Shown: positions 1 through 13,574, counted from the stretch's first letter. The stretch is 64,000 nucleotides of DNA from Octopus bimaculoides (GCF_001194135.2 NC_069002.1:34153909-34217908), one strand, 5' to 3'. Notes: generated by a model from the sequence alone, not told the origin. Made by a program: numbers and translations.

Positions 1-37
<37 letters not shown>

Positions 38-258
38 TGCCTGCAGACGGTTAATAATGCGAAGAAATTACCACACGCAGAATTACACAATCGATTTTGC
101 TCGTCATTACATCATTTCTTCGTGTCCCTTGCTGAGCCTAACCTGGAGCTATATTTAACTTCTTAGGCTATATTTAACTTCCATAAATACACAACTAGGC
201 TTCCTAATATATATCATCAAGCTCATATTATTTGGCTTCGCACTGTCTGTGTCTTATA

Positions 259-491
259 CAGGGCTGGCCAAAAGTCACCTGACAGTAAATCCAAATTATT
301 TAATTCCAAAATTTATAAATGTTTAACAACTGAATGAATTTTATAAAAGCATCTAAATATGAAACATCATGAAAATTTTTCAAACTAACGTCCTTCTCCA
401 GCGACACATTTCTCCATTCGAGTCAATAAATAATTACAGATAGTACTTAAGAAATTTTTACTTACTGTCTGGTGACTTTTGGCCAATCCAG
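259..491. mobile_element. Tc1/mariner-type MITE, about 233 bp
   Basis: 30-bp TIRs: CAGGGCTGGCCAAAAGTCACCTGACAGTAA versus the reverse complement of the right end, CTGGATTGGCCAAAAGTCACCAGACAGTAA (4 mismatches). Flanked by TA at 257-258 and 492-493. No ORF. Confidence 0.85.
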
Positions 492-999
492 TACATTGGA
501 GGAGAAATATGCAATGAGAGCTACGCCTGACTATTACAGTTTACGTTTTGACTGCATTTTCATTTTAAATTTACAGCAAAGTGTGCATTGAACTACAAAA
601 GACTAAAGTGTTTTGCAGTTTGGATAGTTTCTTCTAACACTATTCCGTTTAGCTTCTTGTACATCTTAAGAGGTCATTTGATGCATTCGGTCTTCCCTTT
701 GGCAGTCAATTATTTTACTAACACTCCAAAGGGAAATTGCATTTGGTAATTGTTACAAAGAGAATAAACAAAAATAAAAATGCAAATAGACAAAACTTGG
801 ATTTTACCGAATATATGGTTTAAGTTATGAATATATGTATTGTATGTGTGTATACATACAATAGTTCTAGTTGTCCATGAATTGTTTTGTTGTTTTATCT
901 TGGTGGTTCTGTTCCAGTGTTTGGATCATTTTCACATAATCGTTAACAATATAGATTATCATATCCATCTTAGATTTTATAGTCTAAATTTATTCATCT

Positions 1000-1560
1000 T
1001 TTATCTTCTTCTTTTCTTCTTCTTCATTTCTTCTTCTTTTTCTACTTCTCCAACTCCTTTCCATCACTATCATACTTAACCCACCACCTTATTTTCTTTT
1101 TCATCATTTTCTGTTTCATTTTTTTCTTTCATTTTCTTCTTTGTCTTCTCCTCCAACTGCTCCTCTCCATCACCCTCCTTCTTAACCATCCTCCTCCTTC
1201 TCTTTCATCATCTTCTACTTCCTACAATTTCTTTTTTCATTTCCCAATTCTAATACTTTTTCGACCACTCGAATAATTCTCCAAATTCTTTAATATCTTC
1301 AGTTCCATAAGCTTTTCTACTTATTCCTCTTTTAGTTCTTATAATCGCTGTTTGATCAAAAGCTACTTCTTCTCCTCCTCCTCCACAGTCTTTATTATTT
1401 TTATATATTGTTTCTTTTTTCTCATTCTCCTTTCTCTTTACATGTATCTACGCCACTCACATAATCCAAAACATCCTCTTCATCTTCCGTATATGTCTCA
1501 TCTTATCATGTCCACCTATTATTTTCATTCTTTTTTCTCGTCATCACGCTAGTCATTACT
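1000..1560. repeat. Pyrimidine-rich low-complexity tract (degenerate TCT/TTC/CAT repeats)
   Basis: Strong CT strand bias. The overlapping F/S/L-rich ORFs are compositional artefacts. Confidence 0.8.
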
Positions 1561-1928
1561 TAGTTGCTAGTTGTGGTATTAAATATTTGTGTGTGTGTAT
1601 GTCTCTCTCTCTCTCTCTCTGTGAGTGTGTATGCATGTGTGAGTATGTGTATAGAAGAATGAGATGAAAAAGGGATAAACAGTTATTTTATGAACTTCAG
1701 TAGCTTACAGATGTTTCTGCTGCAACATGTAGGGGGCTCATATTTGAGTGCCTGGGAAACAACTTTAAAAATATTTACGATAAAATTATACGTATATATA
1801 TNNNNNNNNNNAGGGATAAGAATCCAAATTTATAGGTAAAAACTCAGTTAAATTTAATTTATCAAAAATTAAGATTAAATTAAGTTTCACAGTATATAAT
1901 ATAAATATATAATTTAGAGAAAAGAACC

Positions 1929-2268
1929 AAAGTTCATGAACTCATCTACTAGGCTCGATATAGGGTCCTCATGAGCTCGTTCCCAAACGAAAAATACTGC
2001 AGCTCTACCACACTAGCATCTTATTTACACGATCTAAAGAAGAATAATAAGAGTTATTCTCTGGAATGGTAAGTTATTTCTAGAGTCCCTTACTTCAGAG
2101 TAAATATAAATAAGTGTAAGTTGTGTGCAAAGGAATCCTTTGCAATCCTTAAGTTTTGGGAGCCAACATCTTTAAATATATTTACTGAGGTGATTCCTTT
2201 CTGCAACCATAGGTTTTCGTTCACCTTGAAAGTATATAGAAATGAAAATAAATGTAATAAAATTGTTT
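1929..2268 (+). mobile_element. Penelope-like retroelement remnant, C-terminal part of the GIY-YIG endonuclease
   Basis: One frame from 1953 reads ARYRVLMSSFPNEKYCSSTTLASYLHDLKKNNKSYSLEW*VISRVPYFRVNINKCKLCAKESFAILKFWEPTSLNIFTEVIPFCNHRFSF. This fits the PLE endonuclease C-terminal pattern (RY..H..SF...KY...T.LS.Y...LK......W.I......CxLC..E......LN...E....C.H). It contains internal stops. Confidence 0.85.
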
Positions 2269-3284
2269 AGCGTAACGGGAATTTGAAACCGGCGAGGCTA
2301 AATTTCTGTTAACTACACTCACCTGAGTGATTAACTATAATCTTTTTTTTTCTAAACAAGATTTGAATTGGTCCGCTGATGGGATCTTCTGAAATTATAT
2401 AAGCGTTTCAGTCAGAGTATAATATTTTCATTAAAAAATTTCGTAAGGATTATATGTGAATGTTGAATTTAACCTGTGAGAGTCTGCTTACTTATAGACT
2501 TTGGACGTACCTGTGTGAGGCAAGTAAAATACTTTTTCAAATATTATATAATTAAAAAAATATATATTTCAATCATCTGAGAAAATCTTTTTAGTCTGTG
2601 GACATTTTTATTTATTCATTTTTATCTTTATTTATTTTGTATTTATCCATTAAGCCTTTAGATAGTTTTCAAACTTTTAGTCGTATATATTTAACTTTTG
2701 ATAAGACGTTCTATTTGTATTTTATTAGAATATATTTTTACATTCTGTGATTTTATGTATATGTGTTATTTTTTTATGTGTTTGTACACCTTCGTGTTTT
2801 TTTTTATATATATGATAAAACGTTTAAGGGGTGGTGTTTTATGTAAAGTCGTTGACCCAACTTTAATGTTTGTTCTATAACCAAAGCTTCTTTATATAAA
2901 TGTGTATATAAATATATATATATATATGATATGATATATATATACATGATATATATTTAGATATAAATAATATATATACAACATATATACATGATATATA
3001 TTTAGATATAAATAATATATACACACACACACATGTATATAATCCCAAATTTTAATTTATTTGTTTTGCGGGAGCAACTATTTTATCGAAAGCGTATATT
3101 GTTAAATTCTTGAAATACGAGACTAGAAGAACAGCCAACAATGATGAAGACTCGTTCTTTATGTTGTTTGTTTTGTTTTCCATTTGTGTCCTTTGTTGTT
3201 CGAAAGAATAGTTCATGTTCCATGTACTCATGCTACGTATTGTTTTGTTGTACACGTTTCATGACGTCCTGTGCCCACATATTC

Positions 3285-3320
<36 letters not shown>

Positions 3321-3928
3321 ATACACACACACACTGTGTATATGTTTACATGTGTGTATAATCTTATAAAACATTCGCCTCAATAGACTTAATATACTAT
3401 TATTTCAATTGAAGGAAAAAACTAGATCAGTAACACGCTTAATATTATATACTCAGTTGCCAATTTTAATCGAAATTAGAGACTCCGAACAACAAAATTC
3501 GAACGATAGAGCATACCCGACGAATGGGCGCCAAAATATTAGTATTAATTGCATCTTGGCAATTGTTAACTGAAATAAAATATTACAAAGACATGAATTT
3601 TTTTCTGTCTGTGAAGGATCTAGTTATTTTATAAATTTACTGCTTATTTTTTTCAGTTTCTCTGCATTTCTGTGTCTGTCGTTTTCACTTTCGACGCATC
3701 TGTCATTATATAGTTATTTAAATGCGCGCACAAATATAGGTATACACACACACACACACACACATATGTATATAAATTATAAATAACAAGAGAAATATAG
3801 TTTACTGCAGTTGGTATTTTTAGCTTTATATTATATTTTCCTCTTGTATCGATCTATATATATTGTATTTATTTATTCATTGAATGATACATTAAGGAAC
3901 TTTTCTGAGTACAAGACAAGATGAATCC

Positions 3929-3981
<53 letters not shown>

Positions 3982-4479
3982 CACGCACAGATATACACAT
4001 ATCCACACACGTGTGTGTCTTTGTGTGTTTACAGAGACATACCCAGATATAAATATATCTGTGTATATTAATTTTAAGCTATAAAATATTATATATCTAT
4101 TTCTGCTTATTTTCCCAGTCAGTTTAGCACGGGGAAATCAGCTAAAAAGTTGGTTATCTGATACCGCGCTCATCAGACTAGAAGCAATGGAAAATAAAAT
4201 GTCAACTGGATGTCAAGGAATGGCATAGCCGATTTGTCGTTGCTGTACAATAAAAAGCGGGGAGAAGGTGCCCGTGCCGTTGCTGCTGTGGTACAGACGT
4301 CTTGATGGCGTTTACCAGCAAAATGGGGTTAATGCACCCACGATGTAGTGGCTGATATATCTGTGTATATGTTTTCATAAATATATCGTTCATCGTTGTC
4401 ATTTAAATGAAGGCATTCATGGTAAAAAAATCGAGTTCAGTATTTATAGTTCTTTTTTTTTCTACTTAGTCTATTACTT

Positions 4480-4990
4480 ATCCTGAAGGTCTTCTTCGCT
4501 GAATCACTACCTTACAGGGGCGTACACTTACCAACACCGATTTACAAGCACTGGTTTGAGGACAACACACACATGTATATGTATATAAATATAGTAGAAG
4601 TAAGGACTTGTACCCTTCAAAGGGATGTTTAGCATCCATGTTCCTGACGAAAAGCCTAATTTGTGATTTCAAATGAACTATATTTTCCTCAAAGTTACGA
4701 GGGAAAACTCGGATCTTGTAAGTTTTCCGAAGCCCTCTCTCCAATACCTCCAAAAACATTTTCCCCACAAATTTCTTTATAATCGTAATTTATACCGTTT
4801 GAAACTTTTCCTAAAAGTTATGAGGGAAAAGCCTCGGATCCTGTGAATTTTTGGAAGGCCTCCCGACCCCGTTGCCTTCCGGGCATTTTTGTTTTCATAT
4901 TCGTTTCCTACATCTTTTTTTTTTACACCCGTTGCACTATTCTTTTTTCGATTTCGCTTCCAGTTAATAATGTCAATATTAACCATATAT
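4480..4990 (-). mobile_element. Possible degenerate Penelope-like fragment
   Basis: Minus-strand peptides KRNRKKN and FVGKMFLEVL weakly resemble the PLE RT C-terminal linker (KRNRKRN..WFNPP..N.GK.FL). The segment contains a duplicated hairpin unit. Confidence 0.3.
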
Positions 4991-5005
4991 TTTTATACAC
5001 ACACA

Positions 5006-5008
<3 letters not shown>

Positions 5009-5064
<56 letters not shown>
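5009..5064. repeat. (CA)n microsatellite
   Basis: Perfect dinucleotide run. Confidence 0.95.
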
Positions 5065-5067
<3 letters not shown>

Positions 5068-5379
5068 GATATTTATATAGAGGTTTGACCAAAAGATTAG
5101 AAGATTTTTTTAAACTTTAAAGTGTAATATATTTATTTCTATTCAAATATATACAACGGAGTAGAGAAAGAGAACAGAGTGCGACGTAATAATAATGTTT
5201 TAAGTATCCCGGAAGGAGCCCCTGGGAAATCGTTTCAGTAGGTTTGCGTCTACTCATACAGAATTAACCAGATAAATTAAAATCGAGAGCTTTCAGAAGG
5301 AAAATGTTGAGAATAAAGTTAAATAATCTATTGTTGATCAATTTGTCTTCCCATCTAAGACCAATGATACCCCGCCCCC

Positions 5380-5422
<43 letters not shown>

Positions 5423-6385
5423 GCAAATCAACAGCAGTCAAGCGTCGCTTTATTAGACATTACAGAATTCGTGTTAAGTTGAAAAGATGTTATGTTAGAT
5501 AAGGAGCTCTTTTCTGAAAATTTACCACCGAATTTTCGCCGCTGAATCATTAAAGGCACAAGCCGTCATGAAAATATTAATGGTAGCCTTGGTTGGCTTT
5601 CAGACAGTTTGCGGCAACCGAATTTCAAGCAGTTGAAAGAGCGTTTCGGACATGTGTAAAATAACATGGCTGCTCATACAAAAATATTCATAGGTCGTAG
5701 TTATCAGTAAATGTGAAGTCGAGAGGGAAGAAACCATATCGACTGCAGCAATTAGTAAAACGCAAAATGATGACATGTAATGATAAAATTTATGACACAA
5801 TGTTGTGTCACATACAGACAGAGAAAGAGCGAGCGAGCGAGTGAGTGAGCGAGCGAATGAGAGATTTAGACGTTTAGCTTAAGGTGGAATAGATGTGAAT
5901 GGCACCTAATTGCTTTTATCACCTTGAGAAATATTCTTCAACCGCTCCAAGCCTTTAACAACAAAAATAATTCAGAACAATGCACATTTATATAATTTCA
6001 TACCATGTCTGATTATTGCATTCTATCCCACTCAGATACTGACTAAATATCCATTGCTTCCCCATCTCTCTCCATCCATTCTCTCTCTCTCCATCCACTC
6101 TCTCTCCATCCACTCTCTATCGCTCTCGCTCTCTCTCTCCGTTCACCCTCTCTCGCTCTCCTTCCTAACACACCTGCTCGCTATTTCTCGCAACAAGTAT
6201 CTCTTCCTGAAGACTAAACAATAACGCCATTGAGATATTTTAATATCATTTTAATTGTTGTAAAAAAATATACATATTCAAACTTTGCAGAACTGCAAAA
6301 CTAGAATAGAATTTAATCCTCCAGCATTCTCCACCGAAAATACACGTAATACTGGAACGGCCTGTCTCTGAATATATGAAGCATA

Positions 6386-6387
<2 letters not shown>

Positions 6388-6428
<41 letters not shown>

Positions 6429-6690
6429 NNNNNNNNNNNNNNNNNNNNNNNNNNNNNNNNNNNNNNNNNNNNNNNNNNNNGTGTGTGTGTGTGTATGAAT
6501 GTGTGTGTGTGTATGTATGAATGTGTGTGTGTGTATGTGTGTGTGTGTGTGTGTGTGTGTATGAATGTGCGCGTGTGTGTATGAATGTGTGTGTATGTGT
6601 ATGGATGTGTGTGTGTATGAATGTGTGTGTGTGTGTGTATGAATGTGTGTGTGTGTGTGTGTATGAATGTGTGTGTGTGTATGAATGTGT
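6388..6690. repeat. (TA)n/(TG)n compound microsatellite with TATGAA interruptions, spanning a gap
   Basis: Seen directly. N-run at 6429-6480. Confidence 0.95.
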
Positions 6691-7900
6691 ATATTTGTCA
6701 GTTTTGCCTATATGTTTATCTTTGTATTGTACATTTTATGCGAGTACCATATAATAATTCTCCTTATAACATTTTTCATTCAATAATTTATTTATTCGTT
6801 CATCGCCATCTTCTGATTATTCGTTGTGGGTGATTACCAGTTAAAATGTTTCAATTTTATTAGACGTATAATACGTTTCATAATTATTTTTGTATGTATA
6901 TTTGTCCATACGTAAACACACGTATAAGTGCTTAGTTATCTATTTATATGTTCTGTCTATCTGTGTCCCTCTCTATTTATCTGTGCATGTATTTATCTTT
7001 GTGTACACACACACGTGTGTGTGTGTACGCATGTGTGTATATATACATAGAGAAAGCGAGGGAGAAAGAGCTGGAGATAGATGAATGTATATATGTATGT
7101 ACATAAAATTGTTTAATACTTATAAATATATATCCAAATATGCAAATATGTGTATTTTGTATGTTTATGCATATATATATATGTACATAAATGCATCCAT
7201 AGATATGTCTACAAGTGAGTATACATTGTCATGCTTAAATATATAGATATACACATATACCATTACGTATATACTTATATACATACATATACATACACAC
7301 ACACACATCTACAGCCGTCACATACTAGAACTGGCATATTTATCTCAGCTATGTTATTTGTTACATCGCTTAAAAATATTTTTCTCATAACACAGAAATT
7401 TATTTTGTAAAGAAGTAAATTATCGATGTCGATTTTTTCCCTATTTCATTTCCAATAGAACACTTCTGCTTTTTCAAACCTGTACTTCAATTATTTCAAT
7501 GCATTTTATTTATTTATTCTTTTTTTGCGCTTGAATCTTACAACTTCATCATATCCTATATATATATCTTGTTAATAATGCTGTCATTTTTCATGCATAT
7601 CCGTTCAGATTTACGTCAAAAATTTCTCTAGATTCTATCAATTTTACGTTTCATGCAAAGCATTACAATGAAATTGCATGGTAATGATATTAAATAACGC
7701 ACCTATTACCTATATTACTGTTCTAATATAATCATGAGGCCTCTACAAATTACACATCTTTTTTTTTTAAATTAGATTAGCACTTAAACTTATATTTATG
7801 AGCCAACTCATCCAATTTGCTCCATGACGCAAGTTTAATAGGTAGACCAGAATGGTCTTGTAATATACATCTTGTTAAGGCAAGTATACATATAAATATA

Positions 7901-8213
7901 CGAGGGTGAGTCAAAAAGTAATGCTATTTTTGTTTAGGACCGGTATAATTACCAACACAGGAACATGTATCATACATCAAAATGAAGCTGGTCCTCTGTG
8001 GATCACATCCCTACCCTTCAACATAGTCACTGTTTCTATCAATAGCAATGTTCCACCTTCGAATGAGAACATGTATCCCTGCTCCGCAAAATTCTTTTGA
8101 CTGTTCTTTGGGCCACTTCTTTACTACAGTGTTCACTTCCTCGTCACTGGAATAATGCTTGCCTCTCAAAACCTCTTTTATGGGGCCGAAGAAATGACAG
8201 ATGGAATCTGAAA
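7901..8213 (-). mobile_element. Mariner transposon remnant: 3' TIR plus transposase C-terminus
   Basis: TA at 7899-7900, then TIR-like CGAGGGTGAGTCAAAAAGTAATGC. The minus strand reads SD..HFFGPIKEVLRGKHYSSDEEVNTVVKKWPKEQSKEFCGAGIHVLIRRWNIAIDRNSDYVEG*, the region after the mariner YSPDLAPSDYHLF motif. Confidence 0.92.
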
Positions 8214-8448
8214 GAAGACCGTTATGTATATGTGTGTGTGTATGTGAGTTTGTCCCCACCCACCATCACTTGAGAGCAGATGATAGTGTGTTTAAGTACC
8301 TGTAAATTAGCGGTTCGGTAAAAGCGACCGATAGAATAAGTACTAAGATTACAAAGAATAAGACCTGGGGATCGATTTGTTCGACTAAAGGCGGGGCTCC
8401 AACATAGCCGCAGTCAAATGACTGCAGCAAGTAAAAGAATAAAAGAAT
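8214..8448 (+). mobile_element. SINE family A, 3' half
   Basis: Internal (TG)n, then the ...TTAGCGGTTCGG...GACTAAAGGCGG.GCTCCA.CAT.GCCGCAGTCAAATGACTG..CAAGTAAAAGAATAAAAGAA tail shared with copies at 10198 and 34251. Confidence 0.88.
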
Positions 8449-8819
8449 ATATTCGAAGCCTCCAATATTTAGGATTCGAACCTTAGAGAATTTGCTTCCT
8501 CTGTTCCACGCTTAAAGCCTCAAAATTGGATGTTTGACGTACAAAGCGATTCTTCGCTGTAATAGCAGTACAGGTTTTCAGATAGCAGTTTATACCCGAT
8601 TCGTGCTCAGCAAGTAAATTTCTGCCCCCTTTTTTCTTTCGAAGAATTTAAAACTCGAGGTATTAAGAGTTAAATATATCTTTTGATTTACGCTTTAGAT
8701 ATAGGCGTTCTTGTCAACTTCTGTTCCTAAATGCACACATACACAAAAACCACAGCCATATGCACGCAAACAACCACACACACACATAATGTACTGCATG
8801 TTTATGTACATATATCACT

Positions 8820-8856
8820 CTCTATCACTCTTTCTCTCTCTCTGTCTCTTTCTCTT

Positions 8857-8888
<32 letters not shown>

Positions 8889-8934
8889 CCCCTTTCTCCC
8901 TCTCTTACTCTCTCTCTCTCTATATATATGCGCA

Positions 8935-8978
<44 letters not shown>

Positions 8979-9030
8979 CATACATGCGTATATATATATG
9001 TGTGTGTATACGTATGTGTGTATATATTTG
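8820..9030. repeat. Compound (CT)n(TA)n(CA)n microsatellite
   Basis: Seen directly. Confidence 0.9.
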
Positions 9031-9736
9031 TGTGAGCGTGCTGTTATTTTTTTTGTTTTTTTTTCTCAGGAAGGGAACTCGATTTCTTTCAAACACAGCC
9101 GTAAAGGCCTGACAATGCCGCAATTTAATCTATTTCTTGCAGAATTTTCATATTTCTTTGATATTTCCTGTTATCAACGTTATGTCTTAAAATGATAATA
9201 GAAATTGTATTTTTGACGTTCAATCTTTCTCCACAATTCTGTTAAGCAATGCCGTATCCTTTCTTCATAATGCAGTATTTCCGTGTTAAATTCTACCATA
9301 TATCCTGATTTAATATAAAATGTTTTAAAGAAAACTTGTTCCCTATTTTCACCGATAAAAGCTTATTGGATAAAAGAAGAAAAAAAAAGAACAAAAATGC
9401 ACACCGCAAACAAGAGTTTTTGAATAAGCCTGTTGTGACATCAAATAAGCAATTTTCGTGATCCTTTGTGCGATCACCACAGAATTTTTATCCTCAATAC
9501 ATTCTGACGAAGAAGTTGGGGAATATATTGGGATAATAAGGAACTAATGGAATTAGAAACAATATTGGTTGGAACTAAACGTTCAAGGCTAATGAAGAAA
9601 TCAGGAAAAATTAATAGTGATAAAAATATTTCATAAAAAGTAAGTTTCAACGTAGTTTTCTTTTTTTATACATAACGCATAGCAAAAACATTCATAAACA
9701 TTTGGTCATGTGTGTGTATGCATGAATATGCAGTAA

Positions 9737-9789
<53 letters not shown>

Positions 9790-9970
9790 TTGAAAAGAGA
9801 TTATAGATTTATACAAAACAAATCTTTATATGTAAAAGATGGACTTAGAAATAGCACAGAAGTAAGTCTAAGACATTTTAATTTAAGAGGGAATCTAATT
9901 AAAAAATGATTAGCGAATTATACGAAGAAGTTATTAACGGATTCGATGTATCTGATCTTATCAAATATCA

Positions 9971-10181
9971 NNNNNNNNNNNNNNNNNNNNNNNNNNNNNN
10001 NNNNNNNNNNNNNNNNNNNNNNNNNNNNNNNNNNNNNNNNNNNNNNNNNNNNNNNNNNNNNNNNNNNNNNNNNNNNNNNNNNNNNNNNNNNNNNNNNNNN
10101 NNNNNNNNNNNNNNNNNNNNNNNNNNNNNNNNNNNNNNNNNNNNNNNNNNNNNNNNNNNNNNNNNNNNNNNNNNNNNNNNN
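9971..10181. other. Assembly gap
   Basis: N-run. Confidence 1.
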
Positions 10182-10197
10182 ATATATATATATATAT

Positions 10198-10616
10198 AGG
10201 AGCGACTGTGTCGTAAGAAGATTGCTTCCCAGTCGCATGGTTCCGGGTGCAGTCCCACTATGTATCACCTTCGACAAGTGTCTCTTATATCCTCGGCCCG
10301 ACCAAAGACATGTGAGTGGATTTGGTAGACGGAAACTAAAAGAATCCCGTCGTATATATACATATATGTATGGCGGATACAGACACACAAATATATACAT
10401 ATAGGTATTTGTGTGTCTCTATCCGCCACCACCATCGCTTGACAACCGATGTTGGTTGGTTTACATCCCCGTAACTTAACGGTTCGGCAAAAGGGACCGA
10501 TAGAAAAAGTACTGAGCTGAGAATGAATGTCCTGGGATCGATCAATTTGTTCGACTATAGGTGGTACTCCAGCATGGCTGCAGTCATGACTGTAACATGT
10601 AAAAGAAAGAAGTAAA

Positions 10617-10620
<4 letters not shown>
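10198..10620 (+). mobile_element. SINE family A (tRNA-derived, CORE-like), near full length
   Basis: Head with B-box-like GGTGCAGTCCC, a CORE-like CACCTT..CAAGTGTCTT segment, an internal TA/TG microsatellite, the conserved 3' body and an (AAAGA)n tail. Confidence 0.9.
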
Positions 10621-10673
<53 letters not shown>

Positions 10674-10677
10674 CATA

Positions 10678-10832
10678 GCGAAGAGGCGAGCAGGAATTAG
10701 AGAAAAACTAACAACCAAAATGGATAGACGAATGCTGAGGGGGTTTGGCCACATGGAGAGGATGGATGAGGAGCAGATTGTAAGGAAGGTAATGAAGGCA
10801 GAATTTAAGGCGTCCACAATATACACAGCTAA
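10678..10832 (+). mobile_element. RTE-type LINE fragment (post-RT region)
   Basis: Translates AKRRAGIREKLTTKMDRRMLRGFGHMERMDEEQIVRKVMKAEF, matching the LRWFGHVERM.E.R..K.V motif of RTE-clade ORF2. Confidence 0.8.
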
Positions 10833-12164
10833 TTAAAACGTAATTCAATGTGTGAGGTCTGCATAGGATCAAGCAACTACAAAGCTCATCATCAAATTCC
10901 GAGAAGAGTCTTTTCATAGAATTAAAAAGTTATGAGTTAGCACGTGAACGTGTATTATAGTTTTGGTAATCTGAACACGCTAGAGTTTTAAATATGTGTG
11001 AAATAGTATGACTGATAAAATCAGGGCGCCTGGAACAAAGTAGATAAAACGAGAATAAAAGCGTGGGAGACAGGTTCTGTTTGTATATGCGTCACTGTGA
11101 GGGATTGCGTAAGTTTTCGACACACAAGTGCATGGAATCCTACACGTATGAAATCACTCGCGAGTATATATATGTACTAGATGTGTGTGTATGTATATAC
11201 TTAGGTATACATATATATATATTTATGTATATATATATATATGGAGAGAAAGAGAGACAGACAGATAGATAGGTAGGTAGATTTATACATATACATACAC
11301 CATGTCCCTGACAAAGACACTGCATGCATATATGATGTGTGTGTGTGTGTGCGTGTGCGTGTGCGTGTGTGCGTGCGTGCGTGCGTGCGTGTGTGCGTGC
11401 GCGTGCATGCAAGTATGTATGGAAGTATTTATTTGATTTGCGTATGAAATCCAGCTTTTCATTCGCATCTAGTTGATTATCTACTAATATATAACTAATT
11501 AGTTGCAGATGTACGTATGGTTGAAAGAAAAAAGTCATGGAGTATGTAAGACCTTATCTACGGATCCGGTCATAAATATTTATTCACACACGCTTGCGCA
11601 GACACACACACACGCACCTGCACACGCATACACTCGCACACAAACATATATTAATTAATAAAAGGAATGGTTTACACCTGGTAACTTACTAGTAAAGTAC
11701 AGTCATTTTCACATTGTTCGTTAAGTATCTGGTAAATGAAAGACGGAAGATGGAATATACGAGGAATTTTATTAATCACAGGAATTGTTTCGATACATCT
11801 AGCATTAATCCCCTACGGGTGGGAAACTTAATAACTGGTTCAGGAGTGTCCGGTGCTGCAGATTTGTCTCATCGGCTGATAAATAGATACAACTCGTTAA
11901 AATAAGAATTCTGCAATGTCTAGAAAGAAAAGCAGCGAAACGAAGAATATATTTTCATTTATATAAAAAATCAAGAATAAAATCACAGATGTAAAAAAAA
12001 AGAAACGAGCACGTCATACAGCGGGAAGAGTATTAAAAATAACAGTTAACAGATTTGATTACAAAATTTGTATATAAATATACCGTGCACACAAGGGGAG
12101 GGCCGTATGTTTACTTTGTGCAGACGACTGATTCATTTAAGAATTGTTATCGCAACCATGTCGC

Positions 12165-13094
12165 CATTTTCTGTGATGTGATCTTTGCAGTGTCGGGTTG
12201 CACATTGCCCTGAAGAAAAATCACTCCATTTTGCTTCACTCATGCGGGTCTTTTTTCTTTAAAGCTCGGTTCAAACGCTCTAATTGCTGACAGTAGGCCT
12301 GAGCATTGATTGTTGCATTAGGTGGTAACAATTCAAAGTGAATATATTCACTTTGCAATCCCACCAGATAGAGAGAACAACCTTTTCCCCATGAAGTTCC
12401 CTTCTCGGTTGTGGTTGAGCTTTTTTCCCTTTTACCAAGCCACCGTTTTTCGATACAAGATCCATTTTTCGTCACCAGTCACAAGCCTATCCAAAAAGAG
12501 TGAAATGCGTTCGTGAGGATGGAGAGAATAGCAGATATCAATTTGAGATTTGCGGTTGCTTTCGGACAGTTCATGAGGCACCCATTTTCCAAGTTTAGGA
12601 ACCTTTCCAAGTTGTTAAAGCTGAGGATGAACAGCTGTATGGTTTTAACTAAGCTTTATTGCCAATTCTTCAACTGATAATGCAGGATTTTCTGCAAGTA
12701 ATGCCTCAAGGAGTTTATCATCAAACTCAACTCGACGTCCTATTCGATCTTCAACTTCAAGGCTGAAATCTCCACTTCCGTATTTTGCAAACCGTCTGCT
12801 GCAAGTTCTTCCATTCAAGCATTCTTATCCATAAACTGAAAGTATGTTTCGAGTCAATTCGACTGCAGAGTTTCCTTTTTTGTACTCATAAAGCATTATG
12901 TGCCTTAAATGCACTTCCATGTAAGAAAGGGTTTTAATCAAATACATTTTAATTCTGTTATTCTGTAAAATATTTAATTAGTTTAAATGTACACAAATTC
13001 ATAAAAATAATTAATTCCATTAGACATTCTAAAATACAATTAAAATTTCATTCAATTTTAAAAACGGTAAAATCAGAGAACTTACGGGATGACA

Positions 13095-13097
<3 letters not shown>
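12165..13097 (-). mobile_element. Mariner transposon, 3'-truncated, with degenerate transposase (ATG at 12920)
   Basis: Minus strand reads MEVHLRHIMLYEYKKGNSAVE...GDFSLE...GKWVPHEL...LVTGDEKWILY...LSIWWD...HFELLPPNATINAQAYCQQLERL...VIFLQGNVQPDTAK. WVPHEL, the first catalytic D (TGDEKW) and a decayed HDNARPH are present, with stops and frameshifts. The left TIR at about 13070-13097 abuts a TA run. YSPDLAP and the second TIR are absent. Confidence 0.95.
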
Positions 13098-13145
<48 letters not shown>

Positions 13146-13541
13146 CAGTTCAAATGTTTTTCATGTTGAACTTATGTATTATTCTTTATACGTGCGTCTT
13201 AATACATTTGAATAGGCCTGTCATCATATATACTATGAAAGACGTACTTGCACGCCTATATTGCATGTTTTTCTGTGTGTAAGATTATACGTGCGAATGT
13301 ATGTGTATGCGTTAAGGTGTGCAGATGTGTCTCAATGTGGCCATCGTGTGTGTTTGTGTAGGTTATGTAAACGTTGTTGTGCATCCGTGCTTGTTTGTAA
13401 ATGAACATTAGTGCTGTAGAGTTGTGTGAGCCTATATGCAAGTGTGGATGTATATGAGAGCCAAAGAGTCTCTGTTTTCTACTCTCTCTCTCTCTGTCAC
13501 TCCTTTCTCTGTCACTCTCTTTTTTTCTCTCTCACTCTCTT

Positions 13542-13574
<33 letters not shown>

